Origin: Haliotis cracherodii
Lineage: Eukaryota
Assembly (NCBI RefSeq): GCF_022045235.1
Contig: NW_027266270.1
Span: 35,092,001 to 35,156,000, forward strand
Reading direction: 5' to 3'
DNA: 64,000 nt
How positions within the stretch are numbered: the first letter of the stretch is position 1; every line of letters begins with the position of its first letter. A program made the translations under genes and the position numbers. The notes beneath the pieces are model-generated. The model was not told the DNA's origin, ran no database searches, and saw only the letters and a program-made list of their open reading frames with translations. Of this stretch, positions 36,626-50,663 are shown piece after piece.

Positions 36626-39232
36626 TCCGAACTTGGACCCTCCAACCTCCGAACCTCCGAACCTCCGAACCTCGAACCTACGAACATGGACCCTCCGAAC
36701 TTGCACCCTCCAACCTCCGAACCTCGAACCTACGAACATGGGGTCTCCGAACCTCGAACCTTGAACCCCGAACCTCGATCCTCCAAACCTCGAAACTCCA
36801 AACCTCGAACCTCAAAAACTCATCGAACCTCAAAACCTCATCGAACCTCAAAACATCACCGACCCTCCGAACCTCGGCAAACATCCGAACATCGTCGAAC
36901 CTCCGAACATCGTCGAACATTCGAACATCGTCGAACATTCGAACATCGCTGTACTCCCGAGGTGCGAAAGTCGCGTTCGAATCGTACAACTTCGAACAAA
37001 CAAAAGCGATTCGAGCCTCGTCGTACATCTGAGGTTCAACGAACATTATCGAACTGAACTTCGCGGGACATACGTACTAATAAAGTGTCGACATACGTAC
37101 TCCTAAGTATCGACACACTTCAAAGGAGGTTCAAGGAACGGAGACATTCCCCTTATATGCGACGTTCACCTACAGATCGTTACTCGTCTTATGACAGGCG
37201 AGCGGATTATCGCTCATCCCCTTATCATGTCTCACGCAGAGACTATTCAAACCCATCACGTCTAGGCTCGGAGGATGAAAGCTACAACGAGTCTATTAGC
37301 CATTCATCCTACATGTCTCGATCTTCTCCTTCACTCATCCAACCGGAGTTTCGACCAAGAGATTACCCTCACACTTTTGATTTTCATCAACTTGGTGATT
37401 ACCCTTGGAACTTTACTTCATATAGTGCCTATGCACATGAGTCGGAACGATACCAACACTACGGGGATCCCCATCCTCCATGGCATGGGCATCCTCCTGA
37501 TCCGGATTACAGACCTTATCGGTCAAGCCGGAAGACTAGGCACTTTTGCTTTAAACTGGATCATCCTAGACGACCCATATGTGTCTCGTCTCCTACAAAC
37601 AGGTTATTCTCTACCTCTTGCCACCACACCTCCGACGACGTGCAAACCGCCTCATCATCCGTATCCAGCCAAACATCTGCCAGTTCTCATAGACACCATA
37701 AACACGTTACTTGTAAAGAACGCAATAGAGTGTCTGGGCACTCTGCCAATGACACCAGGGTTCTATTCCCCCAATTTTTCTGGTTCCCAAGAAAAACACT
37801 CCTCAACTACGTCTCATCTTTAACATGAAAACCTTCAACAAACTATACCTAGAGACTCCTCCACACTTTCGCATGACATCAATCGCTCTACTACGAACGA
37901 TTATTCATCCCGGCGACTTCATGATCAGCCTAGATATACAAGACGCGTACTTACACGTCCCTATCCTGCCAGAGCACCGCCATTTTCTTCGGTTTGTGTT
38001 CCTAGGCCAACACTACCAATGGCGTGTGCTCCCATTTGGAATTTCTTCGGCCCCGTGGCTATTTAGTCGCTTCACAAAACCTATCTTCAAGTTCCTACAT
38101 ACTCGAGGCATCGTCTTGGAAACGTACATCGACAACTTCATTCAAGCCTACAAGGATTCGAACACTCTACTTCATCACTTCGATTTTTCTCAACGCCTAC
38201 TTCATCAGCTAAAACTATTCCAACACAACGTCTCCAGTTCATCAGAGCCCTCTTCGACCCTCTTCAGGACGACGATTGTCAAGTCCTAATATCTCTTCCA
38301 AACCATCTACACCCACACCTCAAATGGTGGTTAACTCCATCAAATGTATGCGGAGGAGTCTCCTTGCAACCATTCACCCTGACCCTCCACCTGTTCGTCG
38401 ACGCCTCAACCGTGGGATGGGGATGCTCCGTCATCCGTCGCCAACAACTCTCAATCTATGCGTTTGGCACATTTACAGAAATCATTGATAGCTAAGGATT
38501 ATTCTGAACGAGTGGCCAAGACCATTGCGGGGGCGCACAGGTCATCTACTAAAGCACTATATGACCATAAATGGAAGGCATTTGAATCGTATTGTCATTC
38601 ACAAGACATTTCCACACAACAAATTGCTGAATACCTTCACTATCTTCAATCATCTCGTAAACTAAAACGTTCGACTCTAGCTACCTACTTAGCTGCGATC
38701 AATTCTGTCATCGCAACTACAACGGGCTCTAAGATTTCTACAATCGCCGAATACCACTGTTAAGTTCCAGCTTCCTCGTAAATATCCTACGGTTGTGATC
38801 TATAGACAAGGGAGTTCCGCCGCACCATCCAACCGTGCATAGTAAAATGCAAAGTGCGAGATAGGATAAGTATTAAAAAATTAAAATTTTATTATAAATT
38901 GTATATTTATATACTTATCCTATCTCACACGTTATATGCCCACCCGTCCATCCCCACATCGCAATTCCTTAGTCTATATGCTCTTGAAAGAGAATGAGTT
39001 GACTGGGATAGACACCTGATCAGTGCAAGAAGGTCAACCAGCATGCATAGCGCGCATGACCCACATCTGTGAGGTGACCGTGACGATGTGAGGTATGACA
39101 GGGTTAATTAACTTTAGAAGCTGGAACCTTTATTTCAGATACGCTTCCACTCAGAATCGAAAGAAGCAAGAGAAATACATAGTGTGAGATAGGATAAGTA
39201 TATAAATATACAATATATAATAAAATTTTCAA
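36626..39232 (+). mobile_element. Decayed DIRS1-like tyrosine-recombinase retrotransposon
   Basis: A CGAAC-rich repeat and gag-like region; RT motifs GRL..F..NW, GYSLP, PGFYS, HFRMTS, SLDIQDAYLHVPI, LPFGISSAPWLF and YIDN; RNase H LFVDASTVGWG near 38390; YR N-terminal domain (STKALYDHKWKAFESYC); terminal complementary repeats. Confidence 0.88.
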
Positions 39233-39494
39233 GTTTGTTTGTTTGTTTGTTTGTTGTTTAACGCCACACTCACCAAGAATCCAGCTATATGACGGCGGTC
39301 TGTAAATAATCGAGTCTGGATGATTGACATCATGAACATCGACCCACGCAATTGGAATACGATGACATGCATCAACCAAGTCAGCGAGCCTGACCACCCG
39401 ATCCCGTTAGTCGCCTCTTACCACAAGTATAGTCGCCTATTACAGCAAGCATGGATTGCTGAAGACCTATTCTATCCCGGACCTCTACGGGTCC
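39233..39494 (-). mobile_element. SINE-like family B copy abutting the DIRS end
   Basis: Homologous to the other family B copies; (GTTT)n tail. Confidence 0.85.
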
Positions 39495-39765
39495 AATAGT
39501 TTCAAGTAGGTTTCACACAATTTAGCTGACGTGTACCTGTTACGTAGTAACCTTTGAATATCTGCAATTCTAATATGTGTAGGTGAGTGTATGCTTTCCT
39601 GCACACAATACGAATTTTTACATGCAGTTTACCTGTCAGATCTTTTGCCGATGTTGTCCCATTCCCACCAGAGTCATCCATGCCAGATTTATTTTCATCC
39701 TGAATTGTTCGTTCCTCGAACAAGCGTCATGTGATTGACTGTACTTTCATCTGTGGTGGAAAATA

Positions 39766-40695
39766 CACTCAACAGCAAAAGTTCCTGTGACACCAATATT
39801 TTAGTGTATTTTTCATACAAGTAAAGTTTGGTTTTCAATATTGTAGTAGATGTATGGAATCAAGTCACAAAAACGCAACTGCTACAGAAAAGCATGCATT
39901 CCATGCAAAAAATTACTTTTTTTGCAAGCCCCATGCATTTCACTACCCAAGAATGGGTATAAAAACATATGCAGAAAAACAACAAAATTACGCAATTATT
40001 CAACATTACCGCTGAAATGCCACGCCTGTCCGAAAATGAGCGTCTGCGAGCCATTGGTATGCTTGAAGCAGCATCGAGTCAACGTGATGTTGCAAGACAA
40101 TTTAACGTCCACAGAAACACCATTTGGTGTTTATGGCAACGTTGGCAACAGACGAATGCAGTCAGAGACCATCCTCGGATCGGCGTCGTCATGGCCCAGG
40201 CATTACCTTTCAACATGACAACGCCCGGCCTAATATTGCTCGACTTGGTCAGGATTCTCTTCAACTAAACAACGTGAATGTCATCCTGATCTCTCATCAA
40301 TCGAGCACATGTGGGAGGAGATGGATCGGCGCCTTCGACGTCAACCACGTGTTCCACAGACACTCCAGGAACTTCGAAACATGCTCCAGCAGATATGGAC
40401 AGATATCCCACAGGACTTTGTGCGACGCCTGGTCCATTACATGAGACGAAGATGTGTTGCTTGCATCGCATCCAGAGGTGGACACACACGCTATTGATTT
40501 GTAAATTGACATTTTGGCATGTTCATGTGGTTTTTTTAATGAAATCACGCATTTTCTGAAGTCAGTATGGCAAATTAAACCATTTGAACACTTACAGGAG
40601 TCTTTTATCTGTTTCATACCGAAATTGTTTCAGATTTGGTAAAAAACTTTGCATTAAATCTTATTCAATGTCACAGGAACTTTTGTTGTTCAGTA
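39766..40695 (+). mobile_element. Internally deleted Tc1-like transposon
   Basis: TIRs CACTCAACAGCAAAAGTTCCTGTGACA / TGTCACAGGAACTTTTGTTGTTCAGTA with TA flanks. MPRLSENERLRAIGML (from 40017), FQHDNARP and a GGHTRY end at 40497. Confidence 0.9.
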
Positions 40696-41264
40696 TATAT
40701 TTTCATATATAGATCTTCATGCTAAACGTTGTATTTTCGAAGCTTATATTCACTATTTATTTCCTCATCAAACCGTTCAAGACATCTCTCATCCGATTTC
40801 TGGCCTTTAATGTGGATCAACAGATTCTAATCTCCACTGTTCCTTGAAACTGACACCACCTTATCTATTCTCTCAATAACTTTTTTCTTTTATATGATGC
40901 TTATCTGAATATGCGTGCGTATGCTCGTGTGTTTGTATATGTGATGTGCTTGTGTGGTATTTTATTTTTCATTACATATGGATGGAGGAAATAAAGGAAA
41001 ATATACTACATGAAGTCATGAATATGGCAACGTTGCAACTGCACTGCAATGAGTACAACAAATCACAGCAATTGTGTCAATCGCCTGTACACCGTCAAAC
41101 ATGGCGTGTCATCATTGCGGAACCATGGTAAGACAATACATGAGTTTAGCACAGAAAGGATAGTTGGTTGGTTGCACTGGGTCCGGAAACCCTGAACGAC
41201 ACATACTGCAGCAGACAGTCAGATATCGGTCAGTGTGGCGTCACGACTGTGGAACTTCGAACTA

Positions 41265-42547
41265 CGAGGGGCGATTGATAAGTTGTTAGATGAAGGGGTG
41301 GGGTACGGATGAATTCCTTTGTGGTGGTGATAGACTGATCAAGTACAGTGACATACACAGGAGGATTGTTGTATTGGACACATTATTTAGTTTAGTATAA
41401 GCTTTTGACTGCAAGGGGGGTTATGAGGTGACTTAAAATGGAGAAACAGGAAAAGCGAGCTGTTATCAAATACCTTTACAAGAAAGGCTTAACACCCAAT
41501 GCCATATATGAGGATATGTTATCCACACTAAGGGAAGATGCCCCGTCATATGCAACAGTGAAAAGATGGGTGGCAGAGTTTAAACGTGGGCGATCGAGCA
41601 CTGACGATGAACCCCGTCCATGTCCACCTGTTCTTCAACACCTGAAATGGTACAGCGAATCCTGGACATAGTCATGGACGACCGACGAGTGACACAGCGA
41701 CAGATAACCTACTTAGTGGACATCTCTCAGGAGCGAGTGCATTTCATTCTGACAGATATTCTAGGAATGCACAAGGTTTCTGCTCGATGGGTCCCCAAAC
41801 TGTTGACAGCTGATCAGAAACGTCAAAGACAGAATCTCTCACGGGAGAACCTCAAGCTTTTTGGTGATCCAGATAACTTTCTCAAACGATTTGTTACAAT
41901 GGACGAAACATGGGTCCACCACTTTGAACCTGAATCAAAACAACAGTCTAAACAGCGGAAACATGTCACATCTCCTACTCCAAAGAAAGCAAAGTCTGTG
42001 CCTTCAGCTGAGGAAAGTCATGGCATCCGTGTTTGGGGATTCTGAAGGTGTGATCATGGTGGACTGGCTTCCTAAAGGCCGTACTGTTACAGGGGCTTAC
42101 TATGTGGAACTTCTGAGACAGTTAAGAGAGAAAATCAAAAGTTACGCGACGTGGAAAGTTGGCGAAATGTGTGCTTTGTCATCACGACAATGCTCCAGCA
42201 CACACATCACTGATAGCCATGGCCAAAATCCATGAGTGTGGCTTTGAACTTCTCCAACATCCATCTTATTCACCTGATTTGGCTCCGTCGGACTATCATC
42301 TGTTCCCACAGTTGAAAAGGCATTTAGCTGGAACTCATTTCCAGTCAGATGATGACGTCATTACAGCGGTCAACAACTTTTTGAGTGACCAAAAAGTTGA
42401 CTTCTACAAAAGTGGCAAAATGGCATTGCAACATCGCTGGCAGAAGTGTGTTGACCTTAAAGGGGACTATGTGGAAAAATAAAAAGCTTTGGTATCAAAC
42501 TGACTTTGTTTTCTTTGTTAGGCTTAGAACTTATCAATCGCCCCTCG
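41265..42547 (+). mobile_element. Full-length (1283 bp) mariner (DD34D) with frameshifted transposase 41438-42482
   Basis: TIRs CGAGGGGCGATTGATAAGTT / AACTTATCAATCGCCCCTCG with a TA TSD. WVPKLL, TMDETWVH, HHDNAPAH and YSPDLAPSDYHLF are split over four ORF pieces. Confidence 0.95.
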
Positions 42548-42549
42548 TA

Positions 42550-43300
42550 TAGGCAAACAGCAACGTTGTGATAAGACGCGGTCGTGAAGGGGAGCCCAAA
42601 ACCAAACTTCGTGAAGATCGCAAAAAAAGACTCTTAGCTTAACGGAATCTCTATACATCAGACGTCGTGACTGTACGAGCCGTAATCGCCTCAAATCGTA
42701 GGTTCTCAAAAGTCGTCGTCATCTGGTAGGCATCAGAATGCCAAATACACATAGACGTTTTCATTTATGGTGGTACGGTAGCATGGATTTCTAGATTTAC
42801 GCTAATGGTGTCATTTCATGTTGAGTCCAGATGGTCGGGTCAGCGTTGGGCAGCAGTTCCACAACCGTCACGTGCAAAGCAGCATAAAAACCGCATGACA
42901 GATGATGAGGGTCTGTGATCGAGTTTTGCGGGATCACGTTTGGGATTACAGGACTGACCTCATTCGCCTCCATGGCTGGGTGACTGGTATCTGCTACCGT
43001 GGGGGCCAGTTGCGGGACCGTTTGCGGGCGGGGTGACTGTCCTCACACTGCTCAGGTATCCATGTATGTTGCACAAATTCAACAGCTAAACTGGGGTTCC
43101 AAAAGTTTCGACTTCAGCCCCATTAAACATCGGAGGTCGTCGTTTCCAAGACCATGTACGACAGCCTCCGATGAACAGTATTTAGCTCTCCAAGATGAAT
43201 GGCTAGGCATTCCAGAAGCCACCATCGGGAGCCTCTTACGGAGCATGCCCAAACTGTGCCAGGGGTTACTCGCGTTGTTAACATACGGAATTGTGACACC
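42550..43300 (+). pseudogene. Highly decayed Tc1-like transposase remnant; probable 5' part at ~41120-41262
   Basis: WGSKSFDFSPIKH...LQDEWLGIPEATIGSLLRSMPKLCQ resembles the Tc1 C-terminus. Confidence 0.55.
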
Positions 43301-45920
43301 TCAGTATGTTCGTTTTGTCAAGCGTTCCCTTGTTTTTGATTAAACATCTATAAAGATTTGCCAAAAACCCATGGGTGATGAGAGAGATCTGTACAAGATG
43401 TTAATGTATTTATATTTCGTATGATCTGCCAAAAGTGTGATCATAATAATCTCACCTGGTGACCTAATGCATAACTTTCTAAGGCATGTAAACATTTGAA
43501 AATTTACATAATAAATATTTGGATCTAAATTCATTATAGCGTGGTTAGATCTACTCTCCAACTCCTATATAAGTTTACAATCAAAAAGAGAGAAAACAAA
43601 AAAAATCCCCTGATCTCATCTCATTTATGTCGTGGCCTGTTTCTCATCGGAAACCATTAGTTCAATGTAGTTGAAATGATGACAACCCAGTATGTTAAAG
43701 GGGTCAAACCTAAATTTCAACATGGCCGCCACGGGAGATTTTTTGTTCAAATGTAATAATACATATGTACCATTGTATCCGATAATTTAACGTGAGACTT
43801 TAGTACTTAGACCATGCTCCTAAATTACCTCAAAATGCATTTCCTCTTGTAAACATCATCTACTGAGAAACAAATTGAACCAATGACGTTGAAACATGCT
43901 CGTTCCAAACAAAGATGTCACCTGAATTTGTTCGAATCCGATGTTATGTCACATGTGAAACTCTATTCATAGTCATTGCTCTAAAATGCAAGGGAATTGT
44001 GTGAATATTTCTATAGTGGCACGGAGGGGGCCACCCCTAATCCTAGTGTTGTATGCAGCACAAGCTGTGATATGTTATTAAATGTTGCCATTACAAGTAA
44101 CCCCACTGACATTTTATTCAGTGCAATGCATCCGGGGCCATGCAGTCATGTAACAGATGAATACCCCCTGCCTGTATGCACTTCTTTTTGTATTTATAAC
44201 ACAGGTATCAATAGCAGAGTCAATTTTCTAATTATAGTCTACATTCAAGCACAGCTTTTGTATTTTCGTTTAATGTATTCCCGGGCACGCGGACTTTCTG
44301 TGGTCTCACTGGCAACACTGTGTGCATCCGGGACCTGTTATATGAGGGGTGGTATAACCATAGACAGGCTATGAGACATTCATAAGTACTCGTGTGTTTT
44401 ACAGACTGATTGTATCACTGGTGATGAATAAGGATGTTTTTGTAATAATTCTCATATATATTTAACCTAACTGGCGTTACTTTGTATTCATACAAAAGGT
44501 AACATAGAACATATTAAATCAGACGATAAGGACTGAGTTGACTGATGTATTTCAATTTCTATATTCTTTCAATGCATCATAGATAGATGATCGTACGCCA
44601 GTTATGTATAACAGAATATGTCAGGGTTGTGAAAATTCTCTGATGATGTGTAAGTTCTTACTGCGTATTTTCATCCGTCAACAACATTGTGTTCTGTAGC
44701 ACTCTCACCCTCGATCACCACTGGTGAGTACGTGACTGTGTTCAGTCAGTACCTGAAACTGTATGTTGCATTGTGCCATGTCAAGAATCGAACCCGTACC
44801 TCCGGTTTTAACTGTAGGTTTAATTTTAATTTACAATAATAAAAGATTCACGTACATATGTACCTGAAATCAGAATACTGACACCGACAATAACATCATC
44901 AGCTGCTTTAGTTTCCATATACATGTGAAAATGAAATACAAGTGCTACCAATCTTTCTGTAGAATGGACTGGCTCTCGGTATTAAGGACACAGAATAAGA
45001 CATGACTGGCTCGGAGTCAGTATGTATGTCTGAGTGGGGAACCATGTTTAAACTATGGCATGGTATCTCAGTGTGCGTGCACGAAATATTCTGTGACACC
45101 ATTTCAGCTAACCTGCAGCATGGGAATTTTGAAATACTCATGGGAAATTAATGGAGTTTATATCACGGGGCACATCTCGCGGAACGTCTGAAGGTTTCAA
45201 ATATCTTAACCAATAACACATAAACCTAATAAAGTTTGCCAACACAAATGAGACGTGTCTAGTGTTACTCCCATGTGTTTAGGAGCAGTCACATACAACT
45301 TTGAAACACTGTTCACAAGTGCTTTTATTGCCACTCGAGTGTAAACGACAGCAATCTCAGTCAGGAGTGAGATCAATCACTCAAATAGATCTAAACGTGA
45401 GTGACAAGAGGGGTATTCATGTTTTATTATTGTCCCACCGAAGTATGTGTAGCTTGGGTTGTATCAGCATACATTTCAACTGACTTTAGGCGTGTTCTGC
45501 AGTGAATCTGCCAACACTGTTGACGGGATTGACTTACAAAAACGAATACAACAGTAACCAAACCATATTCAATAAAAGAAAGGCGGGTTTGCTGAAAAGT
45601 GAAAGGGGCAACTCGCTGATTTAGGCTTTCGGTCTGCTTGGTTATTCCCGAGGAAAGCATGAATCATTTGGCTATCATGAGAGATGTGTAAACATGTGTC
45701 ATTGTGTAATCCTTTGAGTGGTTCTGTAATCCTTTGAATGTTCCAGAAGCAAAAGTGTTACACAACATATTGAACTTTTTTTCTTGCAGAAAATGACATC
45801 CATTAATATACCATTTTCATTTAAAGGTGAAGTGACAAGACTGCTGCTTCATCGATTAAATGTTATAAGGTACGTTTTTTATTATGTATGTTTGAATTTT
45901 CTTAACTTTCCTCCATAATA

Positions 45921-48900
45921 GCGTGCGGTTTTAAATGAAAACTCCGGAGGTATTAAATGACGATAACCTTTCTCTAAATTGTAAACGAAGTACGTTTATC
46001 TCTATACTACTATGACGAATTTACGAACGATTTTATAAGGAACTCTCTCATTGTGTAGCCTCGATGTGTGATGCGGTCACTGCCTTCGACGAAAGTTATG
46101 CAGAGGGGTGTAGGATTTTGTCCACAAGCTAAATGAAACAAAGTATATATCAAAGCAAAAGAAGTAACATTAAATATGTTAAATTCAAGATTAATAAAAG
46201 GGCGTTAAGTGATTTTCCATCAATTTTCGCAACATACACCATCAATTAAGTTATACGCCTCCATCGCATATTTGGTTTCCGCCTGATCAGCCTGCATTGT
46301 GATGCTAGCATTATCATTGTGACGCAGCGGATTATCATTGTGACGCTAGTATTATCATTGTGACGCTGGTAGTATCATTGCGACGCTTGTATTATTATTG
46401 TGACGCGAGCATTATCATTGTAACGCTAGTATTATCATTGTGACGCTAGTATTATCACTGTGACGCTGGTGTTATCATTGTAAAGCTTGTGTCATCATTG
46501 TGAGGCTAGTATTATCATTGTGACGCTAGTATTATCATTGTGACGCTAGTATTATCACTGTGACGCTGGTGTTATCATTGTAAAGCTTGTGTCATCATTG
46601 TGAGGCTAGTATTATCATTGTGACGCTAGTATTATCATGTGTCCTGTGTTCGCTGGGTATTCTGTTACTGTTATTAGAAGCTTGACCACTGTTGCTGCCA
46701 AGTGAATATTATTACCACTGCTCTCATATGTCATTCTGTCCTTGTCCTTGTATCGCTCATGCATTTAGTACTGGCACTGTACTGTGAACTGCCATTGTAA
46801 TAACTTTGCAGTAATTTGTATTGATTGTAAACCTAGTTCATTTTATGATACAATTGCCATTTCTTTGTGGTTTGTTGGTTTCACGCTGAATACTTTCACG
46901 AATAGATTTCTGGGTAAATTTAAAGTTTAAATTTGGAAGTCGTCACATTCCAATATTTACAGCATGTACACCATACTCCCTCTAAGCCATTTTGAAGTTA
47001 AATAAGTTACAGCGCGTAATAACCAAGACGGGATATCCAGGCAGAAAACAATGATCTTCACACAAAAGCTGGCCATGATGTAATGTGAGATGATATAGTC
47101 ATGCGATAGCCTCACTTACATAGTCTAAATATATCCCAGAGTCTTCTAAACAGCGTTGGACTAGCCCTGTAGTACTAGAACATTCCAGAAGAGTGATCCC
47201 GCACGCATCTCAGTATAGTCACTTCCACACTACTGCTTACATTAGATAGTACTACATTCCTGACAACCAATCTTTGTCAAAACACAATGCAGTCAGATGT
47301 CCCGAACACACAAAAGTAGGCCAATTCAAACTGTTGAATTCGAGAATGACACAGCACGAGTAAGATAAAAGGGACCGACACAATGGCATGGTTAAATTAC
47401 ACAATATAACCTGATTTGCCTTATTTGTTTTATTGTACATTAATTTCACACAAACGATAATTTTCCGTGTAACTTTTCAACAGATTATATTTTCACAACT
47501 TTTTGTAAGCCTATCCTTTTTCATGTGCTGTTAAAATTTTCGTTTGCTTATTTTCTGTGAAGATAACCGGAGTTTTGTTATTTTTGAGCAGGTAAATATC
47601 GCAGGTGCAGGACATGAAAGAAACTTTGTCGGAAGTTATAAAGGTTTGGCCGTCCGTCCGTGTGTCTGCCTCTCACTTTTGTTTCCGGAGCAAAAACCAT
47701 TGAATATGTTTTAACCCAAACTTAGTAAACGGATCAGTCAAGTTCAAAAGTGGTGCCCTTTCCTATTAGGTATATTTGATGTATATAATTGTTCGGTTTT
47801 CATTGAAAATTTGACTCATTTTGTGGGGTAAGGTTCATTTTCGGAGAAGAACTTGAAAAACGTTTGATATATTTTAACCAAACTTGGTACACGGATCAGT
47901 CAAGTACAGGAGTGGTGCCTTTTGCTATAGGGTATATTTGATGTTTTTGTTTGTTTCAGTTGGAAACGTGACTCATTTTGCCTATCAGCGTAATTTCTAA
48001 AACATTACTTGAAAAAGTTAAAGTATTTTTTTACAGTTTAACTTTATTCATATATCAGCCTAATTCTAGAAAGGTGTTGTTTGCTATTAAGGATTTCTGA
48101 AATTTACACATATCAAGAGCAGAACTAAAACATCATTTTGTATTTGTCAAGAAATATTTTAACACACAACTAAATTCCCAAGCAGAAATTGAAATTGGTT
48201 TATAACACTTGCAGACCCCCAAATCCAAGATCTTTGACATAACTATGGAAAAGTGTTGACTGCATCTGCTATGTACGTACATATAAATAGTCAAATGCTC
48301 TCAATTTATGAATTCCATACCTTCCATTCTGTTTGCCCATCATTAAGCATTCATACCGAATGCTGTCACAAACTAGGAACATATTTGTTTTCAATATATG
48401 TATTTGGATGCTAGCGAAAGCTGCAGCCCGGGGTATGTGAGCTTGGCTAACTTTCCCCTTGTTCTGAAAATCGTTCTACTTTAAATTTATCACCCACGAG
48501 GGTGGATTGATGAGGTGATTAGGAATTTCCACCCTTTCAACAATATACTTTGCCATGACTTAAGCGGATACTCGATTCTGATTGGTCAGTCGACTGCAAT
48601 CAGGGGTATTACATTAAATTAATTTTTGTCTCTGATTTATCGGCGTATGAAAGTATCAATAAATCGCACTACTTTACAGACCAGCGTCAAAATGAACATA
48701 CTAGCGTCAAAATGATAATACTGGCGTAGCAATGATAATACTAACGTCACAATGATAATACTTGCATCACAATAATAATACAAGCGTCGCAATAATAATA
48801 CCAGCCTCACAATGACAACACAAGCGTCACAATGATAATACTTACATCACAATAACAATTCAAGCGTCGCAATGATAATACTTGCGTCACAATGATAATA

Positions 48901-49880
48901 CTAGCGTCGCAATAATGATACAAGTGTGGCAATGATAATACTAGCGTCACAATGATAATACTAACGTCGCAATGATAATACAAGCGTCGCAATTATGATA
49001 CCAGCGTCACAATGATAACACAAGCGTCGCAATGATAATACCAGCGTCACAATGATAATACAAGCGTCACAATGATAAGACTAGCGTCACAATGATAATA
49101 CTAACGTCTCATTGATAATACCAGCGTCCCAATGATAATACAAGCGTCGCAATGATAATACCAGCGTCACAATGATAATACTAGCGCCACAACGATAATA
49201 CTAGCGTGACAATGATAGTGCAAGCGTCACAATGATAATACTAGGGTCCCAATGATAATACTAACGTCTCAATGATAATACTAGCGTCCCAATGATAATA
49301 CAAGCGTCACAATGATAATACCAGCGTCACAATGATAATACCAGCGTCACAGTGATAATACTAGCGTTACAATGATAATACGAGCGTTACAATGATATTA
49401 CTTGCATCACAATAATAATTCAAGCGTCACAATGATACTACCAGCGTCACAATGATAATACTAGCGTCACAATGATAATACAAGGCTAATCCGCAGCGTC
49501 ACAATGCAGGCTGATCAGGCGGAAACCAAATATGCGATGGAGGCGTATAACTTAATTGATGGTGTATGTTGCGAAAATTGATGGAAAATCACTTAACGCC
49601 CTTTTATAAATCTTGAATTTAACATATTTAATGTTACTTCTTTTGCTTTGATGTATACTTTGTTTCATTTTGCTTGTGGACAAAATCCTACACCCATCTT
49701 CATAACTTTCATCGAAGGCAGTGACCGCATCACACATCGAGGCTACACAATGAGAGAGTTCCTTATAAAATCGTTCGTAAATTCGTCATAGTAGTATAGA
49801 GATAAACGTACTTCGTTTACAATTTAGAGAAAGGTTATCGTCATTTAATACCTCCGAAGTTTTCATTTAAAACCGCCCGC
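45921..49880. repeat. ~4-kb foldback-like structure: ~380-bp inverted arms, each followed inward by an oppositely oriented 20-bp tandem array
   Basis: 45921-46302 is a near-exact reverse complement of ~49499-49880. (ATTATCATTGTGACGCTAGT)n lies at ~46295-46638 and its complement at ~48680-49500. Confidence 0.9.
47580..48463. mobile_element. Helentron/pearl-like non-autonomous element related to 9396-10235
   Basis: (GTCC)n microsatellite, TTTCCGGAGC...AAACTT(A/G)GTA...TGGTGCC(C/T)TTT repeats, a GGAAGTTA/TAACTTTCC subterminal inverted repeat and a CTTGTT end. Confidence 0.5.
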
Positions 49881-50663
49881 AAACGGATTCAGTTTAAATT
49901 ACATTTAGTACGTTTGTCCCCATAAACAGTTGCATATGTGCATGGGCTGGAATCGAGAGATAACAGTTGATACTATGGGTTACAATCGCCTTGTTTCACC
50001 GACCATGTTAATGAAGTTGACTTATGATAACTGTAGTGCTCGGGCTACTTTGTGAAACGTGGCCCCGACCTTTAGCATTGCATCCCCCTTATATGCGCGT
50101 GGAACTCTTTTCTACTGCCGCACACCTCGGAAATATGTGAAACGTTCCCTACAACCAGAAAGGTGTTTGCGGTGCACGGCAAAAACAAACCAGCCCCCGT
50201 CCCAAGTCCATTTTGACATGCCTCAAGTTCACCTGACAAGCATATAATGTTCCTATATGCAGAGAACAGTTAATGAAAATGATCTGAAACAGTAAGAAAT
50301 ATTGTAAAAATATAGACCTACAAGTCGTATTTGTAGCAGATACCAAAAAACAGAAAAATCAACCTCCAGAAAGTGGGTCACCATGACCTACTTTTGATAC
50401 TGTCAGATGGGTATTCCCCAGATACATCAACATGTCCAATATCAAGACTTTGCAACAAATATATGTAGTAGAAGTCACTGATGGGCAAAAGAAAGTATAC
50501 ATCTGACTTTTGTGATGAAGCTGAAAAGTGAAGGAAGTTTTGATAAGTTTGATTATGTCGAACTAATCATCAAACATTTCTTCAATACTTTGTACACAAA
50601 ACCCCATGTTTGGGTGATATGGGGTAAATAAAAGTGAAAGTTGGTTTAATGAAGACTGGGCTG

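Noticed and set aside
45790-45869. Exon-like segment (TTGCAG|...AAG|GTACGT)
   Set aside because: No coding similarity or link to the neighbouring genes.
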